In this document: piece after piece, positions 36,501-48,202 of the stretch
Layout of the letters: each line of letters begins with the position of its first letter
Position numbering within the stretch: the stretch's first letter is position 1
Origin: Eledone cirrhosa
Taxonomy: Eukaryota
Reading direction: 5' to 3'
Assembly: GCA_964016885.1 (NCBI GenBank)
Contig: OZ024744.1
Coordinates: 125,178,001 to 125,242,000 of the forward strand
DNA: 64,000 bases
Made by a program: the position numbers and the translations under genes
Notes under the pieces: generated by a model
Told to the model about the DNA's origin: nothing
Seen by the model: the letters and a program-made list of their open reading frames with translations, nothing else
Database searches by the model: none

Positions 36501-38913
36501 ATTCGTATGCGAAAGAACGTTTGTCGGTGGTAGTAGCAAATATTCGAACGAGACATTCGTATGCGAAAGAACGTTTGTCTGGAAGTGGCGATCCATGCTC
36601 GGTGGATAGTTGGTTCCGGGTTTTACTATGATTGTTGCAAAACAGAAACTTAAAGGGATTGACAGAATTTGCGATTCCGGAGAGGGGGCGATCCGTCTGC
36701 TTGATTCCGATAACGAACGAGACATTCGTATCCGAAAGAACGTTTGTCTGGAAACTGGTGAGTCAGTGAGTCGAAAAAAAAATATCTCGGTGGTAGTAGC
36801 AAATATTCGAACGAGACATTCGTATGCGAAAGAACGTTTGTCGGTGGTAGTAGCAAATATTCGAACGAGACATTCGTATGCGAAAGAACGTTTGTCTGGA
36901 AGTGGCGATCCATGCCCGGTGGATAGTTGGTTCCGGGTTTTACTATGACTGTTGCAAAACAGAAACTTAAAGGGATTGACAGAATTTGCGATTCCGGAGA
37001 GGGGGCGATCCGTCTGCTTGATTCCGATAACGAACGAGACATTCGTATCCGAAAGAACGTTTGTCTGGAAACTGGTGAGTCAGTGAGTCGAAAAAAAAAA
37101 TATCTCGGTGGTAGTAGCAAATATTCGAACGAGACATTCGTATGCGAAAGAACGTTTGTCGGTGGTAGTAGCAAATATTCGAACGAGACATTCGTATGCG
37201 AAAGAACGTTTGTCTGGAAACTGGTGAGTCAGTGAGTCGAAAAAAAAATATCTCGGTGGTAGTAGCAAATATTCGAACGAGACATTCGTATGCGAAAGAA
37301 CGTTTGTCGGTGGTAGTAGCAAATATTCGAACGAGACATTCGTATGCGAAAGAACGTTTGTCTGGAAGTGGCGATCCATGCTCGGTGGATAGTTGGTTCC
37401 GGGTTTTACTATGATTGTTGCAAAACAGAAACTTAAAGGGGTTGACAGAATTTGCGATTTCGGAGAGGGGGCGATCCGTCTGCTTGATTCCGATAACGAA
37501 CGAGACATTCGTATCCGAAAGAACGTTTGTCTGGAAACTGGTGAGTCAGTGAGTCGAAAAAAAAATATCTCGGTGGTAGTAGCAAATATTCGAACGAGAC
37601 ATTCGTATGCGAAAGAACGTTTGTCGGTGGTAGTAGCAAATATTCGAACGAGACATTCGTATGCGAAAGAACGTTTGTCTGGAAGTGGCGATCCATGCTC
37701 GGTGGATAGTTGGTTCCGGGTTTTACTATGATTGTTGCAAAACAGAAACTTAAAGGGATTGACAGAATTTGCGATTCCGGAGAGGGGGCGATCCGTCTGC
37801 TTGATTCCGATAACGAACGAGACATTCGTATCCGAAAGAACGTTTGTCTGGAAACTGGTGAGTCAGTGAGTCGAAAAAAAAATATCTCGGTGGTAGTAGC
37901 AAATATTCGAACGAGACATTCGTATGCGAAAGAACGTTTGTCGGTGGTAGTAGCAAATATTCGAACGAGACATTCGTATGCGAAAGAACGTTTGTCTGGA
38001 AGTGGCGATCCATGCCCGGTGGATAGTTGGTTCCGGGTTTTACTATGATTGTTGCAAAACAGAAACTTAAAGGGATTGACAGAATTTGCGATTCCGGAGA
38101 GGGGGCGATCCGTCTGCTTGATTCCGATAACGAACGAGACATTCGTATCCGAAAGAACGTTTGTCTGGAAACTGGTGAGTCAGTGAGTCGAAAAAAAAAA
38201 TATCTCGGTGGTAGTAGCAAATATTCGAACGAGACATTCGTATGCGAAAGAACGTTTGTCGGTGGTAGTAGCAAATATTCGAACGAGACATTCGTATGCG
38301 AAAGAACGTTTGTCTGGAAACTGGTGAGTCAGTGAGTCGAAAAAAAAATATCTCGGTGGTAGTAGCAAATATTCGAACGAGACATTCGTATGCGAAAGAA
38401 CGTTTGTCGGTGGTAGTAGCAAATATTCGAACGAGACATTCGTATGCGAAAGAACGTTTGTCTGGAAGTGGCGATCCATGCTCGGTGGATAGTTGGTTCC
38501 GGGTTTTACTATGATTGTTGCAAAACAGAAACTTAAAGGGATTGACAGAATTTGCGATTCCGGAGAGGGGGCGATCCGTCTGCTTGATTCCGATAACGAA
38601 CGAGACATTCGTATCCGAAAGAACGTTTGTCTGGAAACTGGTGAGTCAGTGAGTCGAAAAAAAAATATCTCGGTGGTAGTAGCAAATATTCGTATGCGAA
38701 AGAAAAGATCTCGGTGGTAGTAGCAAATATTCGAACGAGACATTCGTATGCGAAAGAAAAATATCTCGGTGGTAGTAGCAAATATTCGAACGAGACATTC
38801 GTATTCGAAAGAACGTTTGTCTGGAAGTTGCGATCCATGCCCGGTGGATAGTTGGTTCCGGGCTTTACTATGATTGTTGCAAAACAGAAACTTAAAGGAA
38901 TTGACAGAATTTT
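30590..38913 (+). repeat. ~8.3-kb satellite of fused 18S/28S fragments: 23 major units (263-467 bp, mode 317) with a 54-bp internal subunit
   Basis: Each unit has TTCCGGG..TATG..TTGCAAA..GAAACTTAAAGGGATTGACAG and GCGATCCGTCTGCTTGATTCCGATAACGAACGAGAC (18S-like) and 1-5 copies of GGTGGTAGTAGCAAATATTCG (28S-like). Confidence 0.93.
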
Positions 38914-38937
38914 CGAATCGACATCAACTCGGCTACG

Positions 38938-39293
38938 GCTATCCCGTCGAGTACGAGAGTATCGCGGGATCAGAGCAACGGTTTGCTAGGCTGCCTCTGA
39001 GCGATAACGGCTGAACGCCTCCTCTAAGCCGGAACCCTAGCCGGACCCGAGTTGTTTTTCGACAAGCGTCTCGACCTTCTTAAGGCCCATGCCTTAGTTT
39101 GGCGATTGCCGTCCGTTCGCCGACGGCGGCAGCGTCAGCGGAAATGCCATTCTGTGACGACTACGACGATTCGTCGTCGTCGTCGTCCATTCGATTTCCT
39201 GAAAGAGATAGAGACTAAAGTGATCAAATTGTTCGGAGTTACGTGCTTAGTAGAGCAGCTACCACACTGCAATCTATTGAGAGTTTTCTGACG
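38938..39293 (+). pseudogene. 28S rRNA 3'-terminal fragment, copy 2
   Basis: Same as 215-570. Confidence 0.85.
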
Positions 39294-40717
39294 AACGATA
39301 CAATCCGCCCACGTGGCGCCAGAAAGGGAGAAGAAAAGAAAAGTTAGACGCCGCCGATCGATCGGTTCGTTGTTTTACGTGTACACAGCTTGTGTGTGTG
39401 TCTGTATGTGATACAAGCCGCCTATCCGTCTTCCAAGTAAGTTTTGTGTGTAGACTGCGGAAAGAAATCCAATCCGCCGTCTAGGCGGTTCTGCCGCCGA
39501 CCCATACTTTTGCGAGTCGCTCCCGGGAAAGACAGGCGGCAAGACGGCGTGTATACACGACGCCTTCCGTCTTCCGCCTCGAACCCGGGCAAACGTTCCT
39601 TTATTCGTCCACGCCTTCCCGCTTCGATCGCGAGAAAGTAATCAATCTGTTTTGTGTGTGTGTCTGTGTGTGATACAAATTTGTTTTCTTAATTTGATAA
39701 CCATGAATTGTTTCAACACCGGCCCTTTTAAGGGCCACTTATATTTTCAATAATCAGTTTAAATGGGTTGCACCGTAGCCACTTGGTAATACACTGCAAA
39801 TCTCCCGTCAATCTATGAAGGTTTTGTAGTAGATTAGATCAAAACACAATCAGCAAGACAGTAATGGAATGAATAATATAAACATTTGTTTATAATTAAA
39901 GCCTTAAGATGTCCCTCCCTCCCTCCCTTCCTCCCTTCCTTCCTTCCTTCCTTCCTTCCTTACGATATACACTTTAATAACATTGAAACTTATTTAATAA
40001 GTTTAAATTTTAAACACTTTTTATTCAGACGTACCGCGATAAGTAACTAGATATGTTCTAACGAATAATCCGCGATGTGGCGAGGATTACCGCGATAGGA
40101 AATTAGATACGTTCCAAAGAAATATCCGCGAAAAGTGAACCGCGATATAGCGGGTTCACCACCCAGTGTATTACTGGTACTTTATTTTATCGACCCCCAT
40201 AAGGATGAAAGGCAAAGTTAACTGTGCAATAACAAAGGGAGATAACCTCGTCTTTTTTTTTTTACGGAGTTATTTCCCTTTAAATTTTATCTATTACTTA
40301 TGATGATACAATTTAATCAGTTCTTAGCTGTCGAGACACTGCATCCTTTAAAACCTCCATGGAACAAGCTACCTGCAACAGTTGTTAGCTGTCGAGACAC
40401 TGCATCTTTTAAAACCTCCATGGAACAAACTACCTGCATCAGTTGTTAGGGTCTGAGTTCAAATCACGCCGAGGAGGTTAACTTTGCCTTTCATCCTTAC
40501 GGGGTCGGTCGGAAAACGAACCATTCCCGGTTCGCTTTCGAAGCGGGTTTCCGAAAACAGCGCTTCTCTCGACCGGGCCCGTCGTCCGCTCGGCGGTGGT
40601 TTTCATCGTCCCAGGCACGGCTAACAGGCGGAGACGGGACAAACGCGCGTGTTCCTTTTTTTATCAGCCGCAGCGCCGTTCGTATATATGCTTAGGTTGT
40701 TTTTTTTTTAAATATCC

Positions 40718-40964
40718 TAAGTTAAGTTGGGGCTAAGTTAAGTTGGGGCTAAGTTAAGTTGAGGTTAAGTTGAGTTGGGGTTAAGTTAAGTGGGGGTTAA
40801 GTTAAGCTGGGGTTAAGTTAAGTTGAGGTTAAGTTAAGTTGGGGTTAAGTCAAGTTGGGGTTAAGTCAAGTTGGGGTTAAGTTAAGTTGGGGTTAAGTTA
40901 GGTTGGGGTTAAGTTAGGTTGGGGTTAAGTTAAGTTGGGGTTAAGTTAGGTTGCGGTTAAGTTA
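40718..40964 (+). repeat. G-rich 16-bp minisatellite, copy 2
   Basis: Same as 1995-2241. Confidence 0.9.
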
Positions 40965-40965
40965 C

Positions 40966-43900
40966 ATTCGCCGCCGGACTTCAGCTTCCTCATTTAGCAT
41001 GGGCAGTTTTTCTTGAAAATCACACCACACACAGCAAATATGTGTCCGCACATGTACCAGTAATTACAGATCGATTCCGGTGAAAATTCACTGAAAACGG
41101 GCCATCCGGCCCTGTGCGTCGATCGTGGGCCGGCCGGATGTTGACGGATCGATGTGTAATTAGAAGTACATGTGCGGACACTCATTGGCTGTGCGTGGTA
41201 TGCATTTCAGCAAGATATCTCCGTAACATCAAGAGTTATGGCTGTGGAGGCACACCTAGTCAAACGTAAACAAGGTCTGGAGCGTTTACGCTTCGCGATT
41301 TTGTTTACGTTTGACTAGGTGTGCCTCCACAGCCACAACTCTTGATGTTACGGAGATATCTTGCTGAAATGCATACCGCGCACAGCCAATGAGTGTCCGC
41401 ACATGTACTTCTAATTACACATCGATCCGTCAACATCCGGCCGGCCCACGATCGACGCACAGGGCCGGATGGCCCGTTTTCAGTGAATTTTCACCGGAAT
41501 CGATCTGTAATTACTGGTACATGTGCGGAGACACATTTGCTGTGTGTGGTGTGATTTTCAAGAAAAACTGCCCATGCTAAATGAGGAAGCTGAAGTCCGC
41601 CGGCGAATGGTGTGCTTCGAAGAAAACTAATTCGAAAATGACCGTTTGCAGGCGGAGTAACCTTTTCGATCGTGGGCCAGCCGCCCGTGGTGGGATCCAT
41701 CTGTAATTACTGGTACATGTGCGGACATACATTTGCTGTGTGTGGTGTGATTTTCAAGAAGAACTGCCCATGCTAAATGAGGAAGCTGAAGTCCGCCGGC
41801 GAATGGTGTGCTTCGAAGAAAACTAATTCGAAAATGACCGTTTGCAGGCGGGGTAACCTTTTCGATCGTGGGCCAGCCGCCCGTGGTGGGATCCATCTGT
41901 AATTACTGGTACATGTGCGGACACACATTTGCTGTGTGTGGTGTGATTTTCGAGAAAGACTGCCCATGCTAAATGAGGAAGCTGAAGTCCGCCGGCGAAT
42001 GGTGTGCTTCGAAGAAAACTAATTCGAAAATGACTATTTGCCGGCGGAATCACCTTTTCGGTCCTGGTCCGGCCGGATCTTGCCGGATCGATCGGAAATT
42101 TGTGGACCATGTTCGGAAGGCCATTGTGCATGTGTGGTGAAAAAAATTTGTGTCGAAATCTTCTCGGAAAATAACGGATCGCCGGCGGAGATTGCCATTT
42201 CGATCGTGGGCCGGCCGGATCTTGTCGGATCGATTCGGACATATGTGCATCGTGTTCGCAAGGCCCTTGTCTATGTGTGGTGTGATTTTCATAAAGAAAT
42301 TCCGAAAAACCCAGTTTTAAATCTGATTTCGCCAAAGAATTTTGGCTATCAGATCGGGTTGAAAGGTATGGTTTCAGGTCGATCTGAAAGTCTAAAATGG
42401 AATTCACTCGGTTAGCTAACTATTGATATTTCGGAGATATCTTTCTGAAAATCACACCACACACTCCCAATGAGTGTCTGCACATGTACCAGTAATTACA
42501 GATGGATCCCACCACGGGCGGCCGGCCCACGATCGAAAAGGTTACTCCGAAGCACACCATTCGCCGGCGGAATTCATTTAGCATGGGCAGTTTTTCTCGA
42601 AAATCACACCACACACAGCCAATGAGTGTCCGCACATGTACCAGTAATTACAGATGGATCCCACCACGGGCGGCTGGCCCACGATCGAAAAGGTTACTCC
42701 GCCTGCAAACGGTCATTTTCGAATTCGTTTTCTTCGAAGCACACGATTCGCCGGCGGACTTCAGCTGCCTCATTTAGCATGGGCAGTTTTTCTCGAAAAT
42801 CACACCACACACAGCAAATGTGTGTCCGCACATGTACCAGTAATTACAGATCGATTCCGGTGAAAATTCACTGAAAACGGGCCATTCGGCCCTGTGCATC
42901 GATCGTGGGCCGGCCGGATGTTGACGGATCGATGTGTAATTAGAAGTACATGTGCGGACACTCATTGGCTGTGCGTGGTATGCATTTCAGCAAGATATCT
43001 CCGTAACATCAAGAGTTATGGCTGTGGAGGCACACCTAGTCAAACGTAAACAAGCTCTGGAGCGTATACGCTTCGCGATTTTGTTTACGTTTGACTAGGT
43101 GTGCCTCCACAGCCACAACTCTTGATGTTACGGAGATATCTTGCTGAAATGCATACCACGCACAGCCAATGAGTGTCCGCACATGTACTTCTAATTACAC
43201 ATCGATCCGTCAACATCCGGCCGGCCCACGATCGACGCACAGGGCCGGATGGCCCGTTTTCAGTGAATTTTCACCGGAATCGATCTGTAATTACTGGTAC
43301 ATGTGCGGAGACACATTTGCTGTGTGTGGTGTGATTTTCAAGAAAAACTGCCCATGCTAAATGAGGAAGCTGAAGTCCGCCGGCGAATGGTGTGCTTCGA
43401 AGAAAACTAATTCGAAAATGACCGTTTGCAGGCGGAGTAACCTTTTCGATCGTGGGCCAGCCGCCCGTGGTGGGATCCATCTGTAATTACTGGTACATGT
43501 GCGGACATACATTTGCTGTGTGTGGTGTGATTTTCAAGAAGAACTGCCCATGCTAAATGAGGAAGCTGAAGTCCGCCGGCGAATGGTGTGCTTCGAAGAA
43601 AACTAATTCGAAAATGACCGTTTGCAGGCGGGGTAACCTTTTCGATCGTGGGCCAGCCGCCCGTGGTGGGATCCATCTGTAATTACTGGTACATGTGCGG
43701 ACACACATTTGCTGTGTGTGGTGTGATTTTCGAGAAAGACTGCCCATGCTAAATGAGGAAGCTGAAGTCCGCCGGCGAATGGTGTGCTTCGAAGAAAACT
43801 AATTCGAAAATGACTATTTGCCGGCGGAATCACCTTTTCGGTCCTGGTCCGGCCGGATCTTGCCGGATCGATCGGAAATTTGTGGACCATGTTCGGAAGG

Positions 43901-46573
43901 CCATTGTGCATGTGTGGTGAAAAAAATTTGTGTCGAAATCTTCTCGGAAAATAACGGATCGCCGGCGGAGATTGCCATTTCGATCGTGGGCCGGCCGGAT
44001 CTTGTCGGATCGATTCGGACATATGTGCATCTTGTTCGCAAGGCCCTTGTCTATGTGTGGTGTGATTTTCATAAAGAAATTCCGAAAAACCCAGTTTTAA
44101 ATCTGATTTCGCCAAAGAATTTTGGCTATCAGATCGGGTTGAAAGGTATGGTTTCAGGTCGATCTGAAAGTCTAAAATGGAATTCACTCGGTTAGCTAAC
44201 TATTGATATTTCGGAGATATCTTTCTGAAAATCACACCACACACTCCCAATGAGTGTCTGCACATGTACCAGTAATTACAGATGGATCCCACCACGGGCG
44301 GCCGGCCCACGATCGAAAAGGTTACTCCGAAGCACACCATTCGCCGGCGGAATTCATTTAGCATGGGCAGTTTTTCTCGAAAATCACACCACACACAGCC
44401 AATGAGTGTCCGCACATGTACCAGTAATTACAGATGGATCCCACCACGGGCGGCTGGCCCACGATCGAAAAGGTTACTCCGCCTGCAAACGGTCATTTTC
44501 GAATTCGTTTTCTTCGAAGCACACGATTCGCCGGCGGACTTCAGCTGCCTCATTTAGCATGGGCAGTTTTTCTCGAAAATCACACCACACACAGCAAATG
44601 TGTGTCCGCACATGTACCAGTAATTACAGATCGATTCCGGTGAAAATTCACTGAAAACGGGCCATTCGGCCCTGTGCGTCGATCGTGGGCCGGCCGGATG
44701 TTGACGGATCGATGTGTAATTAGAAGTACATGTGCGGACACTCATTGGCTGTGCGTGGTATGCATTTCAGCAAGATATCTCCGTAACATCAAGAGTTATG
44801 GCTGTGGAGGCACACCTAGTCAAACGTAAACAAGCTCTGGAGCGTATACGCTTCGCGATTTTGTTTACGTTTGACTAGGTGTGCCTCCACAGCCACAACT
44901 CTTGATGTTACGGAGATATCTTGCTGAAATGCATACCACGCACAGCCAATGAGTGTCCGCACATGTACTTCTAATTACACATCGATCCGTCAACATCCGG
45001 CCGGCCCACGATCGACGCACAGGGCCGGATGGCCCGTTTTCAGTGAATTTTCACCGGAATCGATCTGTAATTACTGGTACATGTGCGGACACACATTTGC
45101 TGTGTGTGGTGTGATTTTCACGAAAAACTGCCCATGCTAAATGAGGAAGCTGAAGTCCGCCGGCGAATGGTGTGCTTCGAAGAAAACTAATTCGAAAATG
45201 ACCGTTTGCAGGCGGAGTAACCTTTTCGATCGTGGGCCAGCCGCCCGTGGTGGGATACATCTGTAATTACTGGTACATGTGCGGACACACATTTGCTGTG
45301 TGTGGTGTGATTTTCGAGAAAGACTGCCCATGCTAAATGAGGAAGCTGAAGTCCGCCGGCGAATGGTGTGCTTCGAAGAAAACTAATTCGAAAATGACTA
45401 TTTGCCGGCGGAATCACCTTTTCGGTCCTGGTCCGGCCGGATCTTGCCGGATCGATCGGAAATTTGTGGACCATGTTCGGAAGGCCATTGTGCATGTGTG
45501 GTGAAAAAAATTTGTGTCGAAATCTTCTCGGAAAATAACGGATCGCCGGCGGAGATTGCCATTTCGATCGTGGGCCGGCCGGATCTTGTCGGATCGATTC
45601 GGACATATGTGCATCGTGTTCGCAAGGCCCTTGTCTATGTGTGGTGTGATTTTCATAAAGAAATTCCGAAAAACCCAGTTTTAAATCTGATTTCGCCAAA
45701 GAATTTTGGCTATCAGATCGGGTTGAAAGGTATGGTTTCAGGTCGATCTGAAAGTCTAAAATGGAATTCACTCGGTTAGCTAACTATTGATATATCGGAG
45801 ATATCTTTCTGAAAATCACACCACACACTCCCAATGAGTGTCTGCACATGTACCAGTAATTACAGATGGATCCCACCACGGGCGGCCGGCCCACGATCGA
45901 AAAGGTTACTCCGAAGCACACCATTCGCCGGCGGAATTCATTTAGCATGGGCAGTTTTTCTCGAAAATCACACCACACACAGCCAATGAGTGTCCGCACA
46001 TGTACCAGTAATTACAGATGGATCCCACCACGGGCGGCTGGCCCACGATCGAAAAGGTTACTCCGCCTGCAAACGGTCATTTTCGAATTAGTTTTCTTCG
46101 AAGCACACCATTCGCCGGCGGACTTCAGCTTCCTCATTTAGCATGGGCAGTTTTTCTTGAAAATCACACCACACACAGCAAATGTGTGTCCGCACATGTA
46201 CCAGTAATTACAGATCGATTCCGGTGAAAATTCACTGAAAACGGGCCATTCGGCCCTGTGCGTCGATCGTGGGCCGGCCGGATGTTGACGGATCGATGTG
46301 TAATTAGAAGTACATGTGCGGACACTCATTGGCTGTGCGTGGTATGCATTTCACTAAGATATCTCCGTAACATCAAGAGTTATGGCTGTGGAGGCACACC
46401 TAGTCAAACGTAAACAAGGTCTGGAGCGTTTACGCTTCGCGATTTTGTTTACGTTTGACTAGGTGTGCCTCCACAGCGACAACTCTTGATGTTACGGAGA
46501 TATCTTGCTGAAATTCATACCACGCACAGCCAATGAGTGTCCGCACATGTACCTGTAATTACACATCGATCCG
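40966..46573. repeat. Palindrome array, copy 2
   Basis: Same as 2243-7850. Confidence 0.95.
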
Positions 46574-46657
46574 ACGACGGACAGAGTATTCGGTTTATTT
46601 TCTTGACATATTTCTTTACATATTGTCCAGGCATGCACTTTTTCCATGATTAGTTCT

Positions 46658-46715
46658 GTTGACGGCCCGCTTTCCAAAATACCTTATCCTGTGCAACGCC
46701 GGGTACCACTGCTAG
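46658..46715 (+). mobile_element. Helitron-type 3' terminus, copy 2
   Basis: Same as 7935-7992. Confidence 0.7.
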
Positions 46716-46934
46716 TATATATATGTGTATGTATATATATATATATATATTGGTAAACGGAATAGAAAATTGTGACAAATTGTCCACAGTGAAAAATAGT
46801 TTAATTAGGAATAAGTGATAATTAGTAATAGTATTGGTTAGTATTAAGTTTTGGTTTTAAGTTTTACCGGTTGCGCATTTCTAATGCTTTTCAAAAATAA
46901 TTTTGAGATAGAGCGTCCGTGATGTTTGCTCTGA

Positions 46935-46982
<48 letters not shown>

Positions 46983-47547
46983 AACAGTAGAAAGGAAAAA
47001 GATTTTTTCAGTAGAAATTGCTGAAGAGATTCTTTCAGTGTAATTTCAAAACATTAATTTATTTATAAAGTGGATATTTCCACATTTAATAATGGCACTG
47101 GGTTCAGCATTATATACATTGTCAATTGTGGATTCTACTTTTGGCACAAGGGCTGCAATTATCCAGTACATTACTGGTACTTTATTATTTATACAAATAA
47201 TAATTGTTTCTACTTTTGGCACAAGGGCAGCAATTACCCAGTACATTACTGGTACTTTATTATTTATACAAATAATAATTGTTTCTACTTTAGGCACAAG
47301 GTCAGCAATTACCCAGTACATTACTGGTACTTTATTATTTATACAAATAATAATTGTTTCTACTTTAGGCACAAGGTCAGCAATTACCCCAGTACTTTAT
47401 TTTATCGACCCCGTAAGGATGAAAGAAAAGTTAACCTCAACGGGATTTGAACTCAGTCTGTAAAGGGAGGTAACTGCTGGATTAATTTGGTTAATTAAGT
47501 TAACAGAAATTATGAACCGGTTTCTACAGAGCCTTCTGGACATTTAA

Positions 47548-47768
47548 CCCTTTAGCATTTAAACCAGCCATACCTAGCCAGAATACTCTCACATCTTTCT
47601 GTTCAAACCAGCCATAACTGGCCACTCATACTGACGTTAAGGTATTGTTCTCAATATAAATAATATCAAAATCTCATAGATTCGATATTATATGAGATAA
47701 TTATGTAAGATAAAGCCTTTACCACAAAAATACAATAGTATATATAGAGTAATAAAAATGCTAAAGGG
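47548..47768. mobile_element. piggyBac-like MITE, copy 2
   Basis: Same as 8825-9045. Confidence 0.7.
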
Positions 47769-48202
47769 TAAAAGTAGCTTATTATTTTGTGAGCTCTTGC
47801 TACTTATTGCTCTTGTGCATCAAGAACATACACAGCTTACATTTTGTTGCTAATCTCACTGAGATCCAACTACATCTCTTGTTTATCCATAGTTTGGAAT
47901 TTCTACCTACTCCTTTCCTTTAGAATGATCAAGGCCATTTTCTTGTGGGGATCTAGGCCCTGTTTTCCTTTCTATTTTGCCAAGTTATCTTACATCACTT
48001 TCATTCTAGACCATGCTTCCAGGTTTGGAATTTCTCCTCTAATTTTACCACAGATTAAGTGACAAGGGTTCAATCATGTGCATACAGGAGTTCCCATGGA
48101 CAGCCAGTAATATGTAATAGCCTGCAGGATGATAATAAACAGAAGAGGGTTAATTACAGAGCCCTGATAGAGGGTTAATAACAGAGCCCTGATAGACTTG
48201 TT

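Noticed and set aside
30590-38913. CRISPR-like array or repeat-protein genes (ORFs up to 412 aa)
   Set aside because: No unique spacers and no cas genes; the DNA is eukaryotic; ORFs appear in several frames on both strands and shift with A-run length.
30404-39293. Functional 45S rRNA gene, or 18S interrupted by an intron or R-element
   Set aside because: 18S does not resume collinearly; 5.8S and most of 28S are missing; the insert has no RT ORF or intron core.
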